64,000 nucleotides of DNA, taken from assembly GCF_009914755.1 (NCBI RefSeq), contig NC_060928.1; one strand, 5' to 3'. Made by a program: the position numbers and the translations under genes. The notes under the pieces were generated by a model. It saw nothing but the letters and a program-made list of their open reading frames with translations. It made no database searches and was not told the origin of the DNA. Position 1 is the first letter of the stretch; the number at the start of each line of letters is the position of its first letter. This DNA comes from the human T2T-CHM13v2.0 reference genome, Homo sapiens. Below are positions 1 to 15,009 of this stretch, in pieces.

Positions 1-404
1 TGCAATAGTCTTTCCTTAGCTTCTGTGATACCACATTCACTTTGACTTTCTCCCTGACTGTTTTGGCAATGATGTCTCTGTTTAGTTGACTCACCTCCCG
101 TCTACCTGATCCCTAAATATTGCTGTTTCTCAGGACTCTGCGCTTGACAATATAATCACTCTGGATTCTGTCACCCACTTTCATGGCTCCAGTTACATTC
201 TCTGTGCTTCCTAACTCTCAAATCAGTAAGTCCAGCCTAGATGTCTCTCTTCAGCTCCAGATCTCAACTACATATTTTGTAGACAGTGGTGGTAGTAGTA
301 GACTACATAAAATCTACCCAATTGTCTTTGGAACATTTCCACTTGGGTGTTTTCCATGCATCTTAAACTCCACGTGTCTAAAACAGAACCCATCAACTAC
401 TTTG

Positions 405-965
405 GTTATCTATTACTACATAACAAACCATAACAAAACTCAGTGGCTTAGAAAGCAATGTTATCATCTCTTGTGGTTCAGTGAATTGGCCAGGTACTTC
501 TTGCGTTCTTACTTAGGACACTGCGATTGCTTTCAGATGTTAACCAAGGTTAACCAAAGGCTCCACTGAGCTGGAAGTCCAGGGTAGCTCACTCACATGG
601 CTGGCAGTTAATGCCATCTGTTGACCTGAGCTCAACTGTAGTCACCAGCTGGGGCACCTAGACATGGCCTTCCATGTGGCTTGGGCCTCTTAGAACATAG
701 CAGCTGGTTCTGAAGAGGAATATCCCAAGAGGGAGCATGCCAAGAGCCTGACAGAAACTACCAGCTTTGTATAACCTAGCAGTCGCCATTCTAGGCTTTC
801 ACTGCCATCACATTCTGCTGGTCAGGAAGTCAGCAAGGTCAGCCAAGATTCCTGGGGAGGGGAATTAAACTCCTCCTCTTGACTAGGGACCTGTTATGCC
901 ATTGCACAAGGGCACGTGGGATGGAAGATGCTGTTGTGGCCATCTTTGGAAAATACAATTGCCAA
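405..965. mobile_element. MLT1-type MaLR solo LTR, probably within old L2 sequence
   Basis: Starts ttatctattactacataacaaacc...cagtggctta and ends gccatctttggaaaatacaattgcca, both typical MLT1 motifs; subfamily not resolved. Confidence 0.65.
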
Positions 966-1010
966 GCCATCTTTCTTTCCAAATTTGCCTCTCTTTCAGG
1001 GATTTCTGTA

Positions 1011-1320
1011 CAGTACCTTCCCACATCCCCCCCTCCACAGTTTTGCTTTTTGTGGTTTTAGTTACCTGTAGTCCACTGTGGTCTGAAACTATTAAGATAC
1101 TTTGAGAGAGAGAGAGACAGACCACATTCACTTAACTTTCATTGCAGTATATTGTTATGATTGTTCTATTAGTATCTTTTTCTTGCCTAATTTATAAGCT
1201 ATCATAGGCATGGATGTATAGGAAAAAATATAGTATATATAGGGTTTGATATTATCCACAGTTCCAGGCATCCACTGGGGATCTTGGAACACAGACCCTA
1301 TGGATAAGAAGGGATTCCTA
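1011..1320 (+). mobile_element. MER44A-like non-autonomous TcMar-Tigger element
   Basis: Colinear with the remembered consensus (gagagagaccacattcac..., gtataggaaaaaatatagtatatatagggttt..., caggcatccactgggg...ggataag); TA at the 5' flank. Confidence 0.8.
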
Positions 1321-1954
1321 TATTAGGAAATGGCACCGTCGTTCACTTCATCACTGGTCCAGGAGGCCCGGTGACTGCTTCTACTCTCTCATCTCCCGTA
1401 TTTAGTCAGTCTCTAAGTTCCTTCAACTCTGACCCCATAATATCTTTTGAATCCTGTTTTCTCTCAGCTGGATATGGTAGCCTTCTATCTGCGCTGTATG
1501 TCTCCAGTCTTGCTCATCCACTCTTCACACACAAATTTGAGATATCAGTTCCTTGCCTAAGCCCCTTCAGTGACCTAGATTCTAGTCAGAAGCCTTTAAA
1601 TGACTTACAAGGCTCTCCACAGCCTGGCTGTACATCACACCATACTGCAATATAAAAACAATAGCACACAGAGACAAGGAGTGTAGAGTTACGAGCCTCA
1701 CCACCTGATGTGGTGTCCTAGTTCTGATCATTAACGCCTGTGCTACTTGGGACAGGTTATATAGCTTCATTGTGCCTAAGTGGTCTCATCAATTAAAAGG
1801 GACTAATTTACTTCATAGAATGGTCTTTGGTCTTGAATATTCAATGCAAATATACAAAGGTGTAAACATACAATGGTGTATAGTACATAGTAAATGCTTG
1901 AAAAATGTTTATGGTTGTCACTATTACTATTTAATGCATCTCATCTTTACTAGA

Positions 1955-2065
1955 CTATAAGGCAAGGATCCTGTCTGTTCTTTCACTGCTGTATACCAAG
2001 CTCTTGGCACAGTTCTGGCATGTAGTAGGTGCTCACAAAGTATCAGTTGAATGAATGAGTGAAAA
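1955..2065 (+). mobile_element. L2 3' end
   Basis: ggcaaggat...tcactgctgtat...tggcatgtagtaggtgctca...gttgaatgaatga. Confidence 0.7.
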
Positions 2066-2969
2066 TAATACAACTAAATGATATGATATAAAGTATACGA
2101 AGGGCCATGCATCAAGTATATGCAAAGTACTAGTATAGAATAGTGGCTAAGAACTGAAGCTCTGCCACTCACTGGGTGCCTTTAAGCAAATTACCACTCT
2201 CACCTCCTGTTTCTTTATAGGGTAATATAAAGGTTTACAATGAGGTTTGAATCAGGTCATGCATGCAGGGTGCCAAGCAATGATTGGAACATGAAAGCTA
2301 TTCAATGCATATCAGTGATTGTTTGCTCTTCATTCTGCAATTCAAGATGATGCACTTGTAATTCATAGCAAAATTTTAAGAAGACACTTCTCCAAATCAG
2401 CATCGGTAGTATCCTCTAAAGCAATAATGGAAATCCCCATCATTCGTTATTTATATTTTTAGTTATTTGAATTTTATGAAAGAAATATTATCGTGTATTT
2501 TTTAATGCATAGAATTTATTCATTTTACATTTGTCTAATGAGCACTTATGATGTGCCACGCACTGAGCAAGATTCTGGGAATATAGCTGTAAAAGCAAGA
2601 TGATCACAGCTATTGTTTCCAGAGCATGTGAATTCTAGGCTAGATGGGAATCGAGCGAGTTATTACAGTGAATTAGAAAATCTCCGTTAGGGAAAAGCGG
2701 AGTGTACCCTGACAGAACATTTCAACACCAGCTTGACTTCTAAAGGGGCAGTAAGACACATGCCCAATTTTAGCCTAGGATAATTTAGGATAATAAAGAC
2801 TGAAATAAAAGGCTATATATTACAGGCAATGTAACTATGGCAAGTGACTTCTCCAATCAAAAGAACTCTTTTTGTATGGATACGAGTTGAAAAACTACAA
2901 ATATGTGTGTATGTGTATATATGCATATGATTTATGCTGCTTAAACAAAACAATTCCAATTGCTTTTAA

Positions 2970-3176
<207 letters not shown>

Positions 3177-5188
3177 TAGAGAGTTCAGTCTGACAGCAGG
3201 TTGCAGATTCCCTGTGAATTCGAGAAATGGAGCTGACAGGGCTGCAAGAGCACTGAGTTTTGTTCAATAGTGTTCATAGTACTTGTGTTATTACAATGTG
3301 TAATAGCTCCTTAATTAGATGCTATATTGATTTTGTCCATTAAGCTATGTTTGCAAAGTAGTTATGTCTTATTTCACTTAGCTTGTGATGTAACACTCTG
3401 TATCCACAATGCTAAATTATGGCATGCGGTTGTTTATAAAAAGATATGTTCTCTCAGAGATCTCAAAGCCAGGGTATGAATCCAAGGTTAGGTCATAGAA
3501 TTGGAGGGTGGGCTACTGATTGTCTACAAATGCCCAACCTTGCTTCCTGACGTCTTAATTATTAGTGCCTCTGTGGGATTTAAGATGATATTATCATTTA
3601 CCTTCCGCAACAATTGCAGTTAGACTTTGACAGTGAATTTCTTTTCTGCCTTTCCGTTTCACTCATTATAGGCTTGTTTACTCACATCATAGGCAGGTGG
3701 CAAATTCATGATATATATGGCAGAAAACTTAGCATTTTATAATTTTCACTGATTTTTCTGATAGCACAAAATAGTTTTCAAACAGATACCAAACCTCCTA
3801 ATTACCAATATGACTTTAAATCTTCTGTTTTGTCCTTACAGCATCTCGGTTGGTAAACTATTATTTATAAAGTGTTTTTCAGTTCAAAGTACTTTTGAAA
3901 AGGCATTATCTGAAAAGCTGTCACTCCACTGATGTGTTTTCATATGAACTGGGTATCACATAAGAAGGAGAGGAATAACAATAGCTTTGCGTATGTGGTC
4001 TCTCTCTGTTTTCACACTCTGACAACTGTATTTTAAGACATTAAGACTGTTGTGACACATACTTACTGATGAAAGAAAAAAATCACAGTTAGTAGGTGAA
4101 AAGACTGCTAGTGGCTCCCACATTCAGGCACAACAGGACACGTTGAAAAAAACCTTCAAGATGATACCCTATTGTGTTTGAAGACGTGGTACGTTTCACT
4201 CTTACTGTGAAGGCTTTAATTGGTTTGATTCCTAACCCACAAGCTTTGAGTTTAGAATAACTACAGGGCACTCTGTTGCCCTGTCTCTATTTTTTCCTCC
4301 AGTTTTCCTCCTTTTCCTTTTAGTAAAACCTACAGACAACCTTAGTGTTTCCTATGATCATTCCCAGGTTCAGGCTCTAGGGCTTTATGGATGTAGTGAT
4401 CTCAGTAAGGGAGGATAGAGAGCCCTAGAACTGGCCTTTTTTTATTTCTTCTGAAGCCAAAGTTTTCTGGAATTCGGGACATGATGAAAGACTTCTGTGT
4501 CCAGGCTTTTATCTAAGAGGACTGATGAGCTTCAGAGGAAAAAGTTGTGCAAGTATTTACAAGTTTATCAAACTGTGTCAATGGCCCACTGACTTCCAGG
4601 TGTGTTTACCATCAATAAAGAGCATTTGAAAATGCTAACAGGAATGAACACACTTGACTTGTCCAAATGAGAGAATGGCTGTGACTTGAAAAGCAGCAGT
4701 GCAGAATTTAAAGACAAAGCCCCTTCACGAAACCCTAGTCCCCTGTATTCAAACTAGAGGCTTAAACAGGAAGGCTGTACTAATCTAAGCTGCCGTTTCA
4801 GTGGATCTTGCAGAGAAAAATCAGTGATGTCCTTATATCTCTACATCACTGATTAGAAAGAGAGGTCAGATCTGCAAGTACCTTTTAGAAAAGACACATT
4901 CTAAGACTAATTCAGAATAAATTCATTCTAACTAGTGTAATAACTTGAAGCAAATAGAAGTTGACAGGCACTTTAGAGATGAGATTCATATTTCATGGGA
5001 AAAGCTAGAATAGATCAGTGGGCTTCAAACTATTTTGTTTTTGTGACCCCCTTCAACAAAATAGCTATACAAATTTAAATTTATTTATTGTTTGAGATCA
5101 TACGTTTTAAAAAACCTGTTTTCTTCTATATTAAATTATACTTACAATTATTAGTTGTACACATTTGACTGAAAACAACCTAATTCTT

Positions 5189-5305
5189 ATATAAATGTGT
5201 TAAACATGTTGATAATTTGAAACACAAAAAGTGAAAATGTATTGAAATATAAATGTGTTAAACATTTTGATAATATGAAACATAAAAAGTGAAAATGTAT
5301 TGAAA
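5189..5305. repeat. 58-bp tandem duplication, 2 copies
   Basis: ataaatgtgttaaacat(g/t)ttgataat(t/a)tgaaaca(c/t)aaaaagtgaaaatgtattgaaa at 5191 and 5249; 3 mismatches. Confidence 0.92.
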
Positions 5306-7394
5306 GTACCTCTCTGAGATGAATGGGAACTTTTTTCAAATAGTTTGTATATTCATAGATGAATATACCTTATAAGAATAAAACAAAATTCAGTTTCATT
5401 TCTAATCCTGTTTTCCTTTCTTATGAATATAAACAAAAGAAATCTTGCTACAAAATAAGTAAGTGACAATGGGAGGATTTTTTTAAGTGATTCTGTTCAG
5501 TTATTTGACATTCTTGTTAGTCATATGTCAAAAATCACATTGTGATCTATTTCTAAAAAATACGTTGTCTATAAGCTGCCAGTTCTATCACATTTCTCAT
5601 AAAAGCAAGGAATCAGCAACTAACTACTTTGAAAAAGATTTATTACACTGTTTTTAGAACCAATCCTTTTCCCGGTTTCTGTGTAGGATGCCAAAAAAGA
5701 CTTTACCAAGGCTTAGCAAAATACTGCTAATTTTACCTGTTATTCTTCTACTTAGTGGTACTTTGTTTATCTGGTATACTCAGAATGCGGTGAAAAATGG
5801 AACTTTGGCTCATATTAATTCACCTTTGATACTATAATTTTGTAATGCTTTCATCGTATTACAGGAAGATCTTATTTTATTACGCTTTATCATGCCTCCC
5901 AGATACCGTGTTTTTTACAAACTGAATGTTTGCGGCAGCCCTGCGTCAAGCAAGTCTATCGGCACCATTTTTCCAACAGCATGTGCTCACATCATGTCTC
6001 TCTGTTGCATTTTGGTAATTCTCAAAATATTTCAAACTTTTTCATTATTATTAGATCTGTTACAGTGACCTTCAATCAGTGACCTTTGATGTTGCTCTTA
6101 TAATTGTTTTGGGGTGCCAGAAACCACACCCACATAAGACAGCGAACTTAATAAATGTGTGTGTTCTGACTGCTCCGTGACCAGCATCCCCACCATCTTT
6201 CTCTTCTTGGACCTCCCTATTTCCTGAGACAAAACAGTATTGAAATTAGGCCAATCAATAACCCTACAGTGGCCTCTAAGTATTCAAGTGAAAGGAAGAA
6301 TCACACGTCTCTCAGTTTAAGTCAAAAGCTAGAAATGATTAAGCTTAGTGGGGAAGGCATGTCCAAGATGAGATCGGCTGAAAGCTAAGCCTCCTGCACC
6401 AAATACTTGGCCAGGTTGTGAGTGCAAAGGAGAAGTTTTTAAAGGCAATTGAAAGCACGATTCCAGTGAGCACATGAATGATAGGAAAGCAAAACAGCCT
6501 TATTACTGATAAGGAGAACATTTGAGTGGCCTGGATAGACGATCAAACCAGATATAACATTCCCTTGAGCTAAAGCCTACTCCAGAGCAAGGCTGTCTCT
6601 TCAAATCTATGAAGGCTGAGAGAGGTGAGGAAGCTGCAGAATAAAAGTTTGAAGTTAGCAAAGGTTGGTTCATGAGGTTTGAGGAACGAACCCGTCTCTG
6701 CAACATAAAAATGCAAGGTGAAGCAGCAGGTTCTGATGTATAAGCTGCAGCAAGTTATCCAGAAGATCTAGCTAAGATCACTGATGAATGTAGCTACACT
6801 AAACAGATTTTCAATGTAGATGAAAGAGCCTTAGACTGGAAGAAGATGCCATCTAGGGTTTTCATAGCTAGAGAGGAGAAGTCAAGGCCTGGCTTCAAAG
6901 CTTCCAGGGACAGGCTGACTCTGTTAGTGATGCAGCTGGTGACTTGAAGTTAAAGCCAATGCTTATTGACCATTCCTAGAATCCTAGGGCCCTTAAGAAT
7001 TATGCTAATTCTACTCTGCCTGTGCTCTATAAATGGAACAACAAAGCCTGGATGACAGCACATCTGTTTACAACGTGGCTACTAAATATTTTAAGCCCAC
7101 TGTTGAGACCTACTGCTCAGAGAAAAAGATTGCTTTCAAAATATTACTTCTCATTGACAATGTACCTAGTCCCCCAAGAGCTCTGATGGAGATGTGTGAG
7201 GAGGTTAATGTTTTCATGCCTGCAAACACAACATCCACTCTGCAGCCCATGGATCAAGGAGTAATTTCAAGTCATATTTAATTTAATTTCAACTTTCAAG
7301 TCGTATTTAAGAAGTACATTTTGTAAGGCTATCATAGATAGATAGTGATTTTCCTGTGATAGATCTGGGCAAAATCAATTAAAAACGTCCTGGA

Positions 7395-7705
<311 letters not shown>

Positions 7706-8395
7706 TTAGCATTCTAGATGCTATTAAGAACATTTATGATTCATGGGAAGAGGTCAAAAGACTAACATTAGCAAGAGTTTGGAACTTAATTCCAACATTC
7801 ATAGATGACTTTGAGGGTTCACACTTCAATGGCGGAAGTAACTGCAGATCTGGTGGAAATAGCAAGAAAACTAGAATTAGAAGTAGAGCCTGAAGATGTG
7901 ACAATTGCTGCAATCTCATCATGAAACTTTAATGGACGAGGAGTTGTTCTTATGGATGAGCAAAGAAAGTGGGTATTTGAGATGGAATTTACTCCTGATG
8001 AAGAAGCTATGAACATTGTTGAAATAACAACAAAGGATTTAGACTATCATAAACTTAGTAGATAAAGCAGTGGCAAGGTTTGAGAGGGTTGACTCCGATT
8101 CTGAAAGATGTTCTACTGTGGGTAAAAAGATATCAAATAGCATCCCATCCTTCAGAGAAACCTTTCATGAAAAGAGTCAATCAATGTGGCAAACTTAATT
8201 ATTGTCTTATTTTAAGAAATTGCCACAGACACTCCAACCTTCAGCAACCACCACCTTGATCAATCAGCTGCCGCCTACACTGAGGTAAGATCCTCCACCA
8301 GCAAAAAGATGATGACTTGATCAGATGATCGGTAGCATTTTTTAGCAATAAAATTTTTTAAATTAAGTTTGTACGTTGGTTTGTAGAAACCTATT

Positions 8396-8692
8396 GGCTG
8401 GGCACAGTGGCTCATGCCTGCAATCCCAGCACTTTGGGTGGCCGAGGCTGGTGGATCGCTTGAGTCCAAGAGTTTTAGACCAGCCTAGACGACATGTTGA
8501 AACCCTGTCTCTACAAAAAATACCAAAAAATTAGCCAGACTCGGTGGTGTGCACCTGTAGTCCCAGGCACTTGGGAAGCTGAGGTAGGAGGATCACCTGA
8601 GCCCAGGGAGATTGAGGCTGCAGTGAGCCGAGATTGGGCCACTGCACTCCAGCCTGGGTGACAGCTTTTGAGACCCTGTCTCAAAAAAAAAA
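8396..8692 (+). mobile_element. AluJ-like element inside Tigger1
   Basis: ggctgggcacagtggctc; AluJ features ggatcgcttgag, gaggctgcagtgag, gagaccctgtctc. Confidence 0.9.
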
Positions 8693-8938
8693 GGAAATAA
8701 TGCTATTGCACACTTAGTAGACTGCAGTATAGTGTAAACATAACTTTTATATGCACTGGTAAACCAAAAAATGTGTGTACCTCACTTTATTGTGATATCT
8801 GCTTTATTGTGGTGGTCTGGAACAAAATGTGCAATAGGTATGCCTGTATATGCTTTAAATGTGTCTATTTCATTAGCTCATTTAATTTATGGGAAATAGC
8901 CACCATATAATTTAACTGTCAGAGCCAGTACTCATTGA

Positions 8939-9274
<336 letters not shown>

Positions 9275-9522
9275 CAAATTTACCTTTTGTCAGAAAAAGT
9301 CTGACTTATTTTTTCAGTTCGAATAAATTAATCTACATTTTGTTAGAACCTCTCAGTTCTGAATCCCTGCTCTAGGTAGAGAGGTAGCAAGATAAAGCAC
9401 AAATCCTTGTCCTAACCTTGACAACGGGAATAAATAAAGCATCATTACATTTCATGTTTCTTACCTTATTGCTGTGTTCTTGGTAGTCATGAAATTCTTC
9501 TGCAGTTGAAAAGCATTCTTTG

Positions 9523-9780
9523 TAGAACACTTGGACACAGGAAGGGGAACATCACACACCGGGGTCACACACCGGGGCCTATCATGGGGTGGGGGGAGTG
9601 GGGAGGGATAGCATTAGGAGATATACCTAATGTAAATGATGAGTTAATGGGTGCAGCACACCAATATGGCGCATGTATACATATGTAACAAACCTGCACG
9701 TTTTGCACGTGTACCCTAGAACTTAAAGTATAATAAATACATAAATACATTAATTAATTAATTAATTAATTAATTAAAAA
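9523..9780 (+). mobile_element. 5'-truncated L1PA 3' end
   Basis: gaacacttggacacaggaaggggaac...gtaccctagaacttaaagtataata; perfect 15-bp TSD gaaaagcattctttg at 9508-9522 and 9781-9795. Confidence 0.93.
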
Positions 9781-11020
9781 GAAAAGCATTCTTTGACAGT
9801 AGTTGGGGTGAGTGATAAGTTCATTAAAAAGGTTATCTCTCTTTCTTGATGTATTTGACTTCAAAGCATGCTAGTAGTCCTAAATACCCCATTGTTAACC
9901 CCACATTTTGCCCTTAATGGAACTATGTTAAGCAGGGAAAGTCGCTGAAGCCCTACCTTGGGTTTATGGTGTCTTCAATAAAAGAGGCTTCACCACCACA
10001 ATACTTTTAATTTTGCCTTTTTTTGGCATACTGGAAGTTTTATGCTCCAAGACAATAAGTCATAGTAATATTTGGGTATGTGAGAGGTACGCCTTTCTTT
10101 TGTAAAGAAAGTCAACACATGAATGTTATTGAGGGTCTATTAATAGAAATTAATCTCCTACCCCGTTCCTTATTGAAAAGTTTTAATGTTTCCTAGGGAT
10201 ATGGCTACCCTTTTTTAAAGACCCCTGGACTAGATGACCCCCACGGGTACTAGAACTCGAAGATTCTGTGGTGTTATGATTAATTAGGTATTTTTTCGTT
10301 ACGGGAGGAAAAAAATCATCACAATTGCTATCCCATTCAAGCACACTCCACCAATCTTGGATCTTTTGTTTTACAAATGAAGAACCCTCTTTTTCTGGAA
10401 AAGAACCACTGGTTAAATTACCTATATATGGGACTAACAGGATAAATAGATATACTTCGCGACACAACGATGTATTCACATATCATTTCTGTGAGAAAGA
10501 TTTTAACCCCTCAAAATTAATTTGTGGAGAAAGAAACAAGGCAAGAATACCTAGCTTATTAAATGCCTTTGACATAGTGAAACCGGAAACCCTAGAAATC
10601 AGAACTTGGTTACCATTACCACAGCTAATCCTCTTGGGTAAACATAATGTTTTGGAAAAAAATTCTGAAATTGGCACCAGTTTATGAATTTATGTTTACC
10701 AGTTCTCAAAGCACAGGTATGCTATTAAAACTCAGAAAACCATTAATAGCAGCAATAGGGTCAACCCAAGAGAGTAGATTAAATTACATATGCTTCGGAT
10801 AGTAGATGAAACTTGTTAATGACAATCAAGTATCATAGCCTTAGAAATGTATGAACTTGATGAATGAGTCTAAATATAAACTATGTTCATATTAAAATAT
10901 GATATGTATACTGACATCTTAGAGGGGAAGAGAACAGCTACTCTACTCAGTACTTTAAAATTAGTTTCATGTAGAAGTCAACCAAAAGACAAAAACTTAT
11001 GAGGAACTTATGAATTATAA

Positions 11021-11359
<339 letters not shown>

Positions 11360-12984
11360 TTCCATGTCAGTTTTTTAAGTTTTATCAATATAAAACTTAT
11401 AAAAATAAGTATAAACTTTATGTCCTGACATTGTAAGTATATTCTCTAGGGTGGTTCAGTGACTTAATATATCTGATTTTATATGAAATAGACAAATTTA
11501 AAACTTAGTAATTTAAAATAATATTTTTGTTTTAATAAAAAGCAAAGATTTTATTGAGGATTATATACAACAGATGGTTTTGGAATTCTGCAGACCTTGA
11601 TTTCAGTCTTGATGCCATCACTGACTTTGGCCACATCATTTACTTCTCTGAGCCTTAGTTTCCTCATCTCAAAATGATACCAACCTCTTGGGTGAAACTA
11701 CCTGTCATATTGTAGGTTCTCAGTGAAGATTAGTTCCATTTCTCTCTCCCCTGAATCTTCTCAGTAAAAGCTCCTTCATGACAAATGTAGGTTCCTTTGC
11801 AGAAGCTTCCTAAATGAAAAGTAGAAATTGGTCTCAGATAATTAAAAATTTCTGAGTAAAGCAAGACGTCTGTTTAGCTAGAAAGCAAAATAATCTCTGG
11901 GTGGTAGCATTATACATATTTTTTCTCTCTTTATTTAACTGTATGTTCTAATTTTGCTGAAATGAACAGGTATTACTATTGTAAAATAAATACTTTGAAT
12001 CCTATGAATGATCTACAGTTTATAATCTAAGAGTTGATGTGTGGAAAAATTATAGTGATTACTATAACTCAATTTGGAAATTTTATTCCTTAGATCCTTT
12101 TATATTACTGAATTGGTTCAAGAAAAATAGACCTGATAGCTACCATGATTGTGAACACTGGGAAAGAAGAGAGGAAGGGAGATTATAAATAATGCCTTTT
12201 TATTGAGTTTTCTAGTACAACCCTCTTCTGCCTCATACCTGGGTTATTGCAGCTGTGTCCTCACTCATCTCTTCATGTCCAGGCTTCCCACAGTTACTGC
12301 ACAGTAATGCTCTTGAAACAGTGATTTCATTTCACCTCTAGCCTGCTCAGAACCTTTAATGGGTCTCCATTTAGTTATAGCTGTCCTTCACAACTGATGG
12401 TACGTGTGTCATGTAGGATGCAGTAGTCCAGATGGAAAGCAATTCTAACATTTGCTAGTGATGTACTCTCCCTCAAACCTCACATTTATCTGTAAGTGTG
12501 AATTTTTTGTGAATTGCTTCAGATCCTATAGGCCATAAACTGGGTCTGTGATTGCAGGTCATGTTCCGTAGTAATCTTCAATTCTGTTTCTCTTGATTAT
12601 ATACACACACCCCACCACCACACAAGAATAAGTGTGTTTGAGGCATCGAAATGCAATTTACCCATAATCAGTCTTCAAGTATCTGTTTGAAAAACATACC
12701 ATAAATGACATGCACAGTAACAGAATACTAGTAAATATATACATCTTCAGGGAAAAGGGTGTAATAACACTCTTGATAGAGTGAAAATACAAGAAATCAC
12801 TAGCATAAAGTATAAAGACCATATTCTTTAACCTGGTATTCAAGGCCCTCCACAGACAGATGCCACGTCCCTTCCCAACCTTATCCCGCATCCCTCCCAC
12901 GACAAACCCATTCAGTACCTCCTGAGAGCCAGACGCTGCAGCTTGCCCTTGATGCACCAAACCTCATGGAATCCTTGTAACGGT

Positions 12985-13100
12985 GCAATCATTATGTTAC
13001 TCTCCCCATTTTCTAAATGAGGTTTAGTATCTTCCTTAAGGTCACACAGCTAATTGTTGGCAGAGCCAGGATTCAAACCCAGGTTTGTCTGACTCCAAAA
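12985..13100 (-). mobile_element. MIR fragment
   Basis: ccccatttt...aaggtcacacagct...ggcagagccaggattcaaacccaggtttgtctgactcca. Confidence 0.8.
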
Positions 13101-13677
13101 CGGGTTTTCTTTATCTTGTTTTCTGGCCAGATGGATTTCTCTGCTGAGCCTCAACCTAACACCTGTCAAGTTCCACGGCCATGCTTGTGATAGCGATGTT
13201 TATCCCAGCTCAGAAACCTTATCCTACCTGTTCCTCAATGTTTACCACCAAACTTAACTCCTGTGAAATCTCTCAACCTCCAGCCTGCAGTGATAGTGCC
13301 TTTCTCTGACCCCTACTCATATGTTGCTTTAGGGTCTCACTTAATTTATCAGTTTGTGGGTGTTGTCTCCCCACCCAGGTAATTACTACTTGATAGCAGA
13401 AGCTATGGAAGTCTAGATAATCTCTAAGATTCTACTCTTTGGTTTATATTTCTTTTTTTAAGTCACCTACAGTGCTGCCGCTAGCAGACACTCAGTAAAA
13501 ATGAACTCAGAGTTAAACTAATAACTCTTCACAGATAGTTAGAAGCCTGTCTCCCTTATCACTGAGATGAGATAGCTTACAGCTCAGACTTAAAATCACT
13601 TCCTCTGCGTTTTGAATTAACAGTTTAATATTTTTTTTAAAAAAGACAAAGTTGGTAGTAAGTCAACTTTGTTATCA

Positions 13678-13752
13678 GTTTTTTTTTAAGAGACGAGGTC
13701 TCACTGTGTTGCCCAGGCTGGACTTTAACTCCTGCGCTCAAGTGATCCTCAC
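13678..13752 (-). mobile_element. Short Alu monomer (FLAM-like) fragment
   Basis: Poly-T, agagacgaggtctcactgtgttgcccaggctgg...ctcaagtgatcctc. Confidence 0.75.
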
Positions 13753-14794
13753 TCCTCACCCTCTTGTTGTTATCAGTGTAAAAGGGCTGAATTGATAGAA
13801 GATAATTTGCCCAGTTCCATTCTGTTCCTCAGCCTTCTGGACCCGTCTGCATAAGAGACAATGTAGTTATATTTCCACTCACGGCAAATTGCAGAAATTC
13901 TACCATGACCCCCATCAGAATAACTGAGAAAGAACCTTGGCAAAGAGGGAAAAGGGGAACATCGTACCAAAAAGAGGAGTCTTGGATCTGTTTTCTAGAA
14001 GGAGGCCATGCAGGAAGAGAAGAGATGGTGTCTCTTAACAGGTGGCAGGGATCCAGGGAGAAAAGAGGTTTTGTTCCTATGCATCAAAGATCACTGTGGT
14101 CAGAAGTAACACAGTATGTCCACTAAGACTACAAGTGAGTTTGAAATGAGGCTCAAAAGAAAGAGGAAAAGTTATAACAGCCTACACAAAAGCTATGTGA
14201 GCACTTAAGCTTACCCCTCCTTCCTTTCCCCTCACAATGCCCCAAGTACCCCTTCTCTATCTCTCTGCCAACATCTGATGTTTTTCATTCATCCTAGTAT
14301 ATCATTTAGATAGAACCACATGAATCCGAGCCATCAGTTGGTTTTATTGTTTGCTTAAGGATTGATTTAGAAATCTCCATAATCCATTCTGCCTTAATTT
14401 ACACTTTGCAGTGTTATAGTATGTTTAGAATGACTGATAAGTACCAGACCCTAATCTCTCCCAAGAAATAACAAGACTCATAATTTGTAAGATAATTATG
14501 TTTCAAGTGAACAGAAAGACTGTAGGTGTGAAAACAGCTTTAGTAATGGGCATACCTTGGGGGAAGTCAAAAGGATTTTAACTTAAATATCTTACGAGCT
14601 AAATCAGAATTAGTAAAACACCAGTATCTAATAGTAGAAGCTTTTAAAGTGCAAATTTTATGAAAGTAATATATCAGAAGATGAAATGGCTTGAGCATTT
14701 GGTAAAAATAACTTTTTCAAAAAGTTTAAAAACCTTTTTTGTTTTGTTTTTTTAAAAAAAATTTGTTCTTCATCAGTGCATCTCTTACATTCAG

Positions 14795-15009
14795 GAAAAT
14801 TAGGTGGATTTACGCAAGAAAATAACACCATAGATTCCGGAGAACTTGATATTGGCCGAAGAGCAATTCAAGAGATTCCTCCCGGGATCTTCTGGAGATC
14901 ACAGCTCTTCATTGATCAGCCACAGTTTCTTAAATTCAATATCTCTCTTCAGAAGGATGCATTGATTGGAGTATATGGCCGGAAAGGCTTACCGCCTTCC
15001 CATACTCAG
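14795..15009 (+). CDS. TENM3: TENM3 coding exon (215 nt), extracellular stalk before the EGF repeats
   Basis: Acceptor ttacattcag|GA and donor CAG|gtaaga; phase 1 to 0. Translates (G)[71 protein letters not shown], which I recognise as teneurin-3. Confidence 0.96.

Noticed and set aside
3842-3852. Possible 11-nt microexon (tgtccttacag|CATCTCGGTTG|gtaaac)
   Set aside because: Frame-shifting length, weak donor and no peptide support; such sites are common by chance.
7033-7281. ORF resembling a DDE transposase (TIGD1-like)
   Set aside because: It is a fragment of the decayed Tigger1, with stops, frameshifts and Alu interruptions; not a functional gene.
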